Both the position numbers and the translations under genes were made by a program. A DNA stretch of 64,000 bases, taken from assembly GCF_036321535.1 (NCBI RefSeq), contig NC_087437.1, positions 72,604,001 to 72,668,000 on the forward strand. Direction: 5' to 3'. The notes below the pieces were generated by a model. It was not told where the DNA came from. It saw only the letters and a list, made by a program, of their open reading frames with translations, and did not search any database. Position 1 is the stretch's first letter, and every line of letters begins with the position of its first letter. The DNA comes from Camelus dromedarius (taxonomy: Eukaryota). Below, piece by piece: positions 24,732 through 34,393 of this stretch.

Positions 24732-25046
24732 GAGAATGCTTACCGGAGCTCCTCGGAGGACTTGTGCTATGCCTCCATCAACCACAGTGTCGCTGGGAGA
24801 AGGCCAACAGGGAACTTGGCTGAGGAGTGCTATGAGAACGTTTCCCTCACGGCTGAGAGGCCGAGAGAGTCGCTGGGAGGAACTGAGACCGAGTACTCGC
24901 TTCTTTGTGTGCCTGCCACCCCCAGGCACCCATCCTCCCCAGAAGATCAGTATGAACTTCTTATGCCCAGTAGAATCTTCCCTCACTCTGTGCGACAGCC
25001 GCACTCACTTACGTCCCCTTCTCAGGCTCCATTTTCCCATTTATAA
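24732..25046 (+). CDS. GCSAM: GCSAM coding exon 6 (tyrosine motifs YENV, YSLL, YELL; C-terminal FSHL)
   Basis: ccgcag| acceptor; in frame with ORF 24762..25046; TAA at 25044-25046. Spliced CDS 29+69+45+47+29+315 = 534 nt = 177 aa plus stop. Confidence 0.97.
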   Translation, partial: ENAYRSSSEDLCYASINHSVAGRRPTGNLAEECYENVSLTAERPRESLGGTETEYSLLCVPATPRHPSSPEDQYELLMPSRIFPHSVRQPHSLTSPSQAPFSHL

Positions 25047-26116
25047 TGAAGTGGTTGGACCAACTTTTAACACCAGCAAATAAAAGCCAGTGGTAGGGAG
25101 TTCTGGTTGAAGCAGGTGTGGAGCACAAATTACCCCAACACGCGCGCACGCGCGCACACACACATACACCAGTTCTTTCTACAGGGGTCTCCGTGGAACA
25201 TGGTTTCCAAGCCACAGGGCCTCTTAGATCCTCCTCAGTGTCCAACATCCAAAGATCAACAACTATCTTGAACACCCACTCTTCGAGAAGGGAGTGACCA
25301 TCTTTGGTTCCAAGTGGCTTTGAAAATGGGCCACACTATTCAGTGGTGGGAGGGACTCCCTAGTCCCCTGCTCCTCAGTTCAAGTTCTTCTTATAAAAGG
25401 TCCACATGATTGTCCTCTGAAGTCACAAGGAAGCTTCATCCATCATATTGTGTACCCAAAAGAGAGTCCTCATTCCACCAGTGTTTCTGGACCAGACTCC
25501 TCACCCATAGCCTTCCAGGTGGGCACCTGTGGCATTCTTGTGTCTCCATGCCTCTAAGCAGCGTCTTTTGCATTGAGTCCTTTGACTCATTGGCCGTGGT
25601 GGCTTGGTTAGTTACGTTGGTTGAATTAGTAAGTTCCAGGCCAGGTTTTTATATAATTTTTCATATAATTTTAGACCATATTTTTTAACTTTGTATTTCT
25701 CCCTAGAAGTCTTAAGAAAATCATAGCATCAGAGGAGGATAGAGTAGAGTAGAAAGATCTTTGGAGATCCTTAAATCCCACTATCTTTTTTTTGGCTCAG
25801 AGAGGATAACTAGCTGAATGTAACATTGCCAGTGAATTGCAGAACTTCATCTAGAGCCTGGTTTCCTGGCTTCCAATTCAGTGCTCTTCCAATATACCAC
25901 ATAGAACAGCCTCTATGATAAGGCATATGTGCGTGTTAAATAATATGTCATGTATAAGCTGTGAATTAAGTGTCCTCATGAGAAAGATTGACACACACAT
26001 GCGTGCTCACACACAGACATATATTCCTTCTCTAATGAGCACTTCTCCATTTGCCCTGATTATTCATTTTCCCTCATTTTTTTTTAATGTTCCAAGAATT
26101 GTGTCTATCCCCAAAA

Positions 26117-26305
26117 CAGGGGTCAGCAGACTATGGCCCATAGGCAAAATCTGGCCAACTGCCTGTTTTGGTAAAGTGTCATTGGACACAGCCTGCTCAT
26201 GTGTCTATGTACCATCTATGGCTTCTTAACCTCAGAAGAGTTGAAAGGTTATGATACACACTGCAGGTACTACAAAGCTGAAAATTTTGCAGACCTCTTC
26301 CTAAA
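26117..26305. mobile_element. MER58-like hAT-Charlie DNA transposon in the GCSAM 3' UTR
   Basis: caggggtcagcagactatggcccataggcaaaatctggcc..ctgcctgtttt..gtaaagt..cattggacacagcc matches the MER58A 5' end as recalled. Confidence 0.7.
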
Positions 26306-27402
26306 CAATCATAATTAGAGATAAACTGAACAAAAATGTGTTTGAGTATTGGTATAACCCTTAAGAGCTGGTACGAATAAAATGGTATGGAAATTACTAA
26401 ACCACAAATTAGATGAGTGAGACCAAGAACAATTAGCAAATTAGACTATTTCTATATGCACACCTGTGTTCTCAACTTCCTGTTTTATTTAACGCCTGGC
26501 CATTGTCCTAATTTTAGGGATGTTAAAATAGGAAGAAGTTCGTTGAGACAAGCAGTAGATGCATTATGAGTTTAATTACTGTTTTGTTTCCCAAACGAAC
26601 CAAGGTTAAATAACTTTGCTATTTAAAATGTGCTAAGTGCCCAATGAGGATGAATCCAGTGGCTTGAGGTTGGATGTATCAACACAGGTTTGCTGAGACT
26701 TCAGCCAGCCAAAGAACCAATCACATCTTAGAATCTTGTCCTCCACTAACTTCCTATTTTCAGCAACATTCTTGCACATGGAATCTTACCTTTGACCCTT
26801 GGCCAGGAGTCACTCCAGTTCAAAAGGAGGCATGCGTGGTAGCAGGGAATACAGTACAAGAGGCACATGGCTTCAGGGGTGGGGGGTGGACACTTGAGTC
26901 AGATAATCAGTGATTAAATCCTGGTTCTAGCTCTCCCTCCCGCTGTGACCTTGAGCATGGAACTCAGAGGCTCGGCTTCATCACCCTCAAACAGGAGGAT
27001 TCCATCTAATGGACAAAAGTCATCTGTCACAGACCCTGAACAAATGATATCAAAGAGCAAAAGGAAACAGAAATCTTTATGACACAAAGAGAAAAACGTG
27101 CTGACATGCTGGTGCTGCAGGGTTACCACAGTCTCCCAGCAAGGCAGACACACAAAACTGCTGGGCCTTAAGCTGGGATGTTTCACTTGGACATTGCACC
27201 ACTGTGGAAGTTGATTGGTTTAAAGATTCTTACTACAACATGATAAGTTATACCTGATAAGTTATACAAGTTATATTTGTTTGAGTCTTATCTTGTGAAA
27301 GCATTACCTGTCCCAAATAGCCTTTTGCAGGGAACATATTAAGTATAAATGTTACCAAGAGGAGGGAAAAGGGCAACCCCGTTACAGAAAATGCACATTC
27401 AT

Positions 27403-27428
27403 ACACACACACACACACACACACACAA
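27403..27428. repeat. (CA)n microsatellite
   Basis: Directly visible. Confidence 0.95.
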
Positions 27429-29649
27429 TATTTGTATAGAATTTCAAAGGGTAGGGCATGCAACCCCTAAGTTAAAAAATCCCTGTTCTTGATAAAGAAG
27501 TGAGGCTGAGGATTTAAATTGCCCCCTTAAGTCACAGGGATAATCAGAAAACTCCCCTCCCCAGGGCTGGTCTTGAAACTCAGCATAGTCAAAGTTCACA
27601 GAGGCATATTTTACGCAGTAACTGCAGGCTCTGTGGTTTCTGTTTTACGTTCATACTAGTATCTATAAATAATCTGTATAAATTCTTAGGTAGAGCAAAA
27701 GAGAGGTACAAGAAAAGGACAAAGATAGGTCAGGAAAGTCTACCGTTGACAACAAATAAATTCAAATGCTAACAGTTTTAAGACAACCTTGGGTGACAGA
27801 TGCTTCAGATATCCCAAGGGATGGAAGGGCCCAGGGAGAACAGGAAAGCTGAGTCCCCAGGATTGCACAGGAGCCTTTAGAGAAAAGGAGATTCTGTTTA
27901 CGTTTATCTGACTCTGTGCTCTTCCAAGCCAACCTGTTGAAAGCTGCTTGAAAGGCACTTGACCCGAGTGTGCCTCAGTTCTGCCACCTGTTAAACGGAT
28001 CAGCGTTAAGTCTCTCCCATGTTCCCAGTAGGGGGTTCCTTTGTAAGGCACTTGGAGAAGTGTTGAGTGGTCACTGTCACCCCAGAGTCTTCTACAGTCT
28101 GATGACCACGTGTCTCAACCCAGCCCTTCCCCCTCACCACCTGTGCTTCTCAGGGGCTCCCAGATAGCCGCTGTGCCCGAACTGAGCGTGACCCTGGGAG
28201 GCCACCAGGGTTGGAGGCCAATGATCATGTGTGGTTGTCTAGAAGGCTGGACTTTGGGGTGCCAAACTGGGACCCTGGGCTGGTCATTTCACCTCTCCAG
28301 ACCTTGATTTCCTAACTATAAGATGAGGGGGTCGCCTTCTGATGCTAAGAGTATAATGAGCTCAAATTATAAAGGATAGATTAAGGAGTACTACTGCCAG
28401 CAATGCAAAGTGTGGGCTAGCTTATTTCCAAACAATGAAACAGTAATGGGAGCAGAGAAGGGAAGACTTACAGAGATTTCTCCCATTCCTCTAAGCACTA
28501 CTCAGACTCAGAGTAAGGCAGGAGTCCACACCCAGAGTCCACATCTAAAAGGGAAAGGAGAAAATGTGCACCTCATCCAAATAAACCCTAGACACATGCA
28601 AAGGAAGACAAATCTGTTTATTCAAGTCCCACCACTGCTTGAGGGTTCAGCTTGAGTCCTACTTCCTAGGCAAAGCCTTCTCCAATTAAACCATACTGAT
28701 CACCCTTTTCTCTGACTGCCCACAATGCAACAGTTTGTATTTATTGTTAACACTTGCCTATTTTATCCTGCTGTTTCCTGTTTCATCTGTGCAAAGTCTG
28801 ACTTCCTAATAAGACTAGCACCTTTTTCCTTATCATCGTCCTCTTCTTCTCTGTTATCTCCTGTAGCCTTCTGCAAAACACATCATTAAAAAATCTACAG
28901 AACTAAGTTAAATTGAGAGGCAGAAAGAACTGGACATGTGTCTAGAATTCTTGTTGGGGACGGGAAGAGGCATGGGTTCCACTGATCTGGCTGTATCCTT
29001 TCTGCCTATACCTAAGTGACCTAAAAGACCAGTTTTTCCTCTCAAATCTTTTGGGTGATTTCACAGGCATTTGTTGATACTTTATTCTGCCCCAGGCGCT
29101 CTGCTCATCATGAAGATGTGTGGTGGCCAGTCAATTCATCTCCTATAGCAGAGCGGTGTATATGTAAGTGCCATTTTCCCCCAAAGACCTCAAAATGCTC
29201 TTAGTCACAAAGTTCAGTTCTTTCCATACCATTTGGGCAGAAGAGACAAACCCACAGAAAATCCTCTCCATGCTTTCAAGTGGTCAGAACCCAAGCCCAG
29301 GTGCTTGCGTCTTGGTGGTTTCCAGAGAAAAGGGAGGATCAGAAGGAAGCCCAGTCCTGCCTGCAGACAGGAACCCACCCTTCCTTCCAGCCCTGGGCAC
29401 TTCAGACTCCTGGTCCTGCCCGCAGGGTCCGGGGGGGAAGTGGAGAGGAGAGTCGCCCCCTGCTCCCCAAGGAACAGGAACAGAGAGAGGAGGACCCAGC
29501 CCAGCCGGGTTCAGTGGTATTCATTCAGAAGGGGAAGCCGCCCTCAGGGAAACACAAAGATCACTTGCAATACTATTTACTATGAGAAAATGCCAGCCCA
29601 GATCCTGGCCCTGGAGAGCCGGCCCCTACGAAACAAACGTCAAGTCTGC

Positions 29650-31143
29650 GATGCAGAGGCAAAAATAATTTATTGTCAATATTTTAAAATCCTCATCCAC
29701 TGAAGTTATTATTTTCTAAAAAGTACAAACACACGGAAGTTTACGTCTGACATGTAAAAAATAAACAGAAGGAAGAGAAATTCATCTGTCTGACTAGTTT
29801 GAGGAACTATCCTCAAAATGAGACTCGAGTTACAATAAATGTATCTTCTAGTTAAATAAGAAAGCAAATCCACATTATCCAGAGTCCTGGGTCATAAAGA
29901 GCTCAAGGCAAACCTGGCCTGAGACATGCATGCGGACACATCCCCGCACACAGCGGCCCCCACCCCGACGTCCCCCCAGGGCCAATTTAGCCAAGATACT
30001 GAGGCCAGGAACCTCTCGTCACATGACTACAAAACTCTCCTGGAAAATTTCCAGCAAAGTAGTTTTCCCAACAAAATACTCTCTTCCCCCACGGCAGGCA
30101 GTGCTCTCTCTGGAGATGACCGAAACTGTTGCTGTTGTGCAGTCCCCACCCCGGCCCCCCAGAGGCCCTGGCACTACATTTCCCACAGTTTATTTCAAAC
30201 GAGAGTGGGTCTTCCTGTTTCACGACCTTCTTCAATAAGACACACAGCCAAGGCCCGAAGACACTGAGTCCCACAGGAAGGCTAAGAACGCCGGACATTT
30301 ACAAAAAGCCAACATGTGCGATCTACAGCAGGTGGGAAGCAGTCTTAAAGACTCTCCGATGGAAGCTGGTGACAATATAAATGGGGAGAGTAGTGTGTTC
30401 CAAACTCACAGGGGCCCATGTTTCCAAAAGAGGTGTTCAGAGGTCACAGGAACAATGAAGAGAAGATGAAATGAAGAAACATACACCTCCTTCTGTAGCT
30501 CCATATCACACAGTGACATTGGATGACGTGTCTAAGGCTGGTCTGCTAAGAGATGCAGCTACCGGTCATGGAAGCAGACACAGCGAAGCCGCTTACGTCT
30601 GCGGAGGTGCCTGCCTTTCCCTCACAGCCTTGCTCAGAGGTAGATCAAACGTCATGGTGGGAGGGCGCAGGTGGGAGGCGGATTTCAGCAAGTGATCGCT
30701 TGGGCTCTGCCTCACCTCGCCACCTGCCTGCCTCTGTTCTCCACCAGCTTAGGCTGGTGGGGTCCTGCCGGAAAAGGCCACCTTCACACCAAAGAGAAAG
30801 TGTCCACATGTGGGTAGAGGCAGCTAGGGCTTCAAGAACAGCAGGAACCTCCCACTGCAAGGCTCACCTGCCACCTCGTCCCCCCACCCCCGCCCCATCT
30901 GGCTTCGTGCCTTTGTCGAGACTGGACCCAGCCGGGGCAGCGCTCGGGGGCTGTTCTGCTGGACGTAGGGCCAGACTCCGTAACTGTGCAGAATCAGGAG
31001 AAGGAGGACCGTCTCCACCCCTCCAGTCATTGTGAGTCCTTATACGTTAATTCACAGGATCCTTTCTGGAAAATGGAATGAATTCTCTTCATCCCAAAAC
31101 TCAATGGAGCACTGCTTCCAGACAAAGGTCGGCCTCCACCACT
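29650..31143 (-). other. C3orf52: C3orf52 3' UTR (inferred)
   Basis: Follows the TGA stop; minus-strand AATAAA (tttatt on +) at 29669-29674. Confidence 0.6.
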
Positions 31144-31148
31144 TCATT
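31144..31148 (-). CDS. C3orf52: C3orf52 terminal coding exon part: (E)-stop
   Basis: Minus strand ttttctttccag|AA TGA completes LLLYE*. Total CDS 138+130+128+71+182+5 = 654 nt = 217 aa plus stop. Confidence 0.85.
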
Positions 31149-31304
31149 CTGGAAAGAAAATGCAAATGAAAGTCACCACTTTAAAAAAAATAATAATGGA
31201 CTATTTTAAACATTTCTGTTTTTATTTTATTTCATTGGGCTTGATTATAAACTCTTAAGTAAAATTGGAATGTTTGTAAATTTCTAACAGAGGACATTTT
31301 GGAC

Positions 31305-31305
<1 letters not shown>

Positions 31306-31344
<39 letters not shown>
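31306..31344. repeat. (CA)n microsatellite, (TG)n on the C3orf52 sense strand
   Basis: Directly visible; about 160 nt upstream of the last acceptor. Confidence 0.95.
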
Positions 31345-31347
<3 letters not shown>

Positions 31348-31609
31348 TCACACAAAATTCTGAATACTTTCCAAAAGGCAAATAACACATTGTTTGCTCA
31401 TTTGTTTTGGTGTAATTCCTGATAAGTACCATTCTGATGAGACATTTTGGATGCTGAGGCCATTTTACAGTCAGTCTTTTCTCATAATCTAATCATACAA
31501 ATACCTCTAAATTTTCAGTTTTTTAATACAGGCACAATCTGATTTGGGAAAAGGTGCAGAGCTGGCCCGACTAAGGGGCAGGTGCCCTGGAAGGACTGGG
31601 GACACAACA

Positions 31610-31830
31610 TAGACTGTGGGCTGCACTGTGGAGCGCTGGCAGGTGAGGTCTGGGGCTGGACAGTTCTTTGCTGCCAGGAGCTGCCCTGTGCGTTGCGAGG
31701 TGACTGGAAGGACCCTCGGGCTCCCCACTAGATGTTGGTACCTCATATACACTCCCAGTGTGACACTTAAAAATGTCTCCAGACTTTGCCTAATACCCCT
31801 AGGCAGGCAAAACTGCCCTGGGTGAGAAGT
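31610..31830. mobile_element. MER20-like hAT-Charlie DNA transposon
   Basis: gctgccctgtgcgttg...ccactagatg...cccagtgtgaca..aaaaatgtctccagac.ttgcc.aat..cccct.gg...gcaaaactgccctgg.tgagaa. Confidence 0.75.
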
Positions 31831-32274
31831 AGGGCTCTTTGGCTAATCTCTCTGCGTTTCCTGGGGAGTCTATACACAACCTTAAGTGAGCTCCCTTGAC
31901 ACCCCAGGGAGTCCTTTCCAGGGCAGGACGCACGCGCTGGCCTGTCCACCAGCAGCCGGCCCATCAGTTTCTCCCCAACTTGCACAGAGTTCACTGTTCT
32001 TACTACCTGGAGCTTTTTCCTCTTCTCACATTAATTGGTCTCTGCTTTTGTTCCTTACCCAGTCTACTGGCGACTTCTTCACGTGTGAGAAAACAGTACA
32101 AAATAACTAGCCCGTGTCCAAAATAACTCATGAGGTCCAAAACAACTCACGAAGTTATTTTTTACATTGTTTTACCTTGTAAAAGAGAATTCCCCTCCCT
32201 ATGCCTGGGTCCCACCCTCCACACAGTGAAGAAGCTCAAAGATGGGGAAGAGGGGTGATCCATTAAAAAATTCC

Positions 32275-32660
32275 CTTAATCTCAAGGACATTATGCTAAG
32301 TGAAATGGAGGAAGCCAAATACTGCCTGATCTCACTTAGATGAGGAATCTAAAAAAAAAAAAAAGCTCATAGAAAAAGAGATCAGACTGGTGGTTGCCAG
32401 AGGTGGGGTGTGGAGGAGGGCGATTGGATGAAGGTAGTTAAGACAAGTAAGTCCTGGGGATGTAATGTACAGCACGGTGACTGTAGTTAACACTGCTGCA
32501 TGGCACATGTGCACATGTGAAAGTTGCTAAGAGAGTAGATCCTAAAAGTTCTCATTACAAGGGGAAAAATGTTTCATAACTATATGAGGTGATGGATGTT
32601 AACTAGACTTATTAGGCTGATCATTTCGAGATATATGTCTCAAGTCATTATGTACCCCTT
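32275..32660 (+). mobile_element. Older L1 3' UTR fragment
   Basis: ggacattatgctaagtgaaat...ggtggttgccagagg...gaaagttgctaagagagtagatcctaaaagttctcat. Confidence 0.8.
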
Positions 32661-33735
32661 AAAGGAAACCATATGCAAAACAAAATGACAGCCTATGGAA
32701 TGGGAGAAAATCTTTGCAAATGATGCAACTAATTAATTTCCAGAATATACCAACAGCTCATACAACTTAATAACAAAACACCAAACAACCAAATCCAAAA
32801 ATGGGCAGAGGACCTAAACAAGCAATTCTCCAATGAAGACATACAAATGGCCGATAGGCACATGAAAAATGCTCAATATCACTAATTACCAGAGAAATGC
32901 AAATCAAAATTACAATGAGGTATCACCTCACACCAGTCAGAATGGCCATCATTCAAAAGTCCACAAATAATAAATGCTTGAGAGGGTGTGAAGAGAAGGG
33001 AACCCTCCTACACTGTTGGTTGAAATATAGTTTGGTGCAGTCATTATGGAAAACAGCATGGATATTCCTCAAAAAATTAAAGACTTACCGTATGATCCAG
33101 CAATCCCATTCCTGGGCATATATCCAGAGGGAATTCTAATTTGAAAAGATGTATGCACCCCAATGTTCACAGCAGCACTATTTACAATAGCCAAGACATG
33201 GAAACAACCTAAATGTCCACCGACAGATGACTGGATAAAGAAGTTGTGGTATATTTATACAATGGACTACTACTCAGCCATAAAAAAGAATAAAACAATG
33301 CCATTTTCAGCAACATGGATAGACCTGGAGATTGCTGTTCCAAGTGAAGTAAGCCAGAAAGAGAAAGAAAAATAACATACCATATGACATCACTCATATG
33401 TGGGATCTAAAAAAAAAATTTAAGACACAAATGAATTTATATACAAAACAGAAACAGACTCACAGGCATAAAAAACAAATTTATGGCTATCAGGGGGAAA
33501 AGAGATAGGAAGGGATAAATTGGGAGTTTGAGATTTGTAGATATTAAGTACTATAAATAAAACAGATAAAGAACAAGCTTGTACTGTATAGCACAGGGAA
33601 CTATATTCAATATCTTGTAGTAACCTCTAAAAAGAATATGAAAGGGAATATTTGTATGCAGATGTATGCCTGAAACATTATGCTGTACACCAGAAATTTA
33701 CACAACATTGTAAACTGACTATATTTTAAAAAAAT
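32661..33735 (+). mobile_element. Younger 5'-truncated L1 (ORF2 C-terminus and 3' UTR)
   Basis: ORF2 peptides [19 protein letters not shown] and MFTAALFTIAKTWKQPKCP..DWIKKLWYIYTM.YYSAIKK, broken by stops and frameshifts; A-rich tail. Confidence 0.95.
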
Positions 33736-34211
33736 AGTAGATGAGTAAATTTATTATCATCATCTAGGGAAAGAGATCAACTTGTATTTTTATGCCCTTC
33801 TATTAATTTCTTAATGGACTCTGTGGCTTTCAACAGAAAAAGAGATAGTTTCCGCATACTGAAGTAATCTTTCAACAATTTGGCTGTATTATTTGTTTTG
33901 AATTCTTCAGCACTTCTTCTCTTGTGAAACCACAGTGTTTCCACGAAGGTTTCTAATGATATTGTGACGTGGGATACGTGCTTAGAACGTGGGTGAACCA
34001 CAACAAGGAAACACGTAGCAACCCTCATCTGTAGTTTATTTTTTTCTGTGACTTTTTTTTTCCAACTGTTTTCTGTCCGCTCATGAAGGGCAGGGACTGG
34101 GGAACCTCCCCAGAGAACGGAACATCACCCGCACAGAAGTCGAAGTGAGCCACCCGTCCTGTCTGGTTCGTTTACCGTCACAGCTCTGCCTGCTGAACTT
34201 GCTCGACTTAC

Positions 34212-34393
34212 CATAGAGCAAGAGGGACCCTGGAGCAAGCCCCAGCGTCTCACAGCCAGATACACTCTGATCATGGACATCCTGGCGTAAAACACCCAGC
34301 ACCAACTCCTCACTCATCATATACTTCATAAAACTGTCCTCTTCCGACGGAACCCCAAACTGCAGTTGATAGGTTATTGTGGCGTTTTCACCA
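34212..34393 (-). CDS. C3orf52: C3orf52 coding exon 5: (S)GENATITYQLQFGVPSEEDSFMKYMMSEELVLGVLRQDVHDQSVSGCETLGLAPGSLLLY
   Basis: tttcag| acceptor, G|GTAAGT donor; 182 nt; strong similarity to the TTMP C-terminus. Confidence 0.96.

Larger units (their letters stand above)
25047..27780 (+). other. GCSAM: GCSAM 3' UTR (long form, inferred)
   Basis: AATAAA at 25079-25084 (proximal) and 27755-27760 (distal); human GCSAM has a multi-kb 3' UTR. Confidence 0.55.

Noticed and set aside
24567..25083. 140-aa alternative-frame and 145-aa antisense ORFs over GCSAM exon 6
   Set aside because: Shadow frames of a GC-rich coding exon with no independent start or splice support.
29168..31035. Several 100-166 aa ORFs
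   Set aside because: They lie in or just beyond the C3orf52 3' UTR, mostly antisense, with no homology I recognise and no exon structure.
31160..31167. ATGCAAAT octamer as a B-cell enhancer for GCSAM
   Set aside because: It falls within the C3orf52 terminal acceptor region, and a single 8-mer is expected by chance in 64 kb.
32897..33375. L1 ORF2-like peptides as an active reverse transcriptase gene
   Set aside because: 5'-truncated, with stops and frameshifts; a dead copy.
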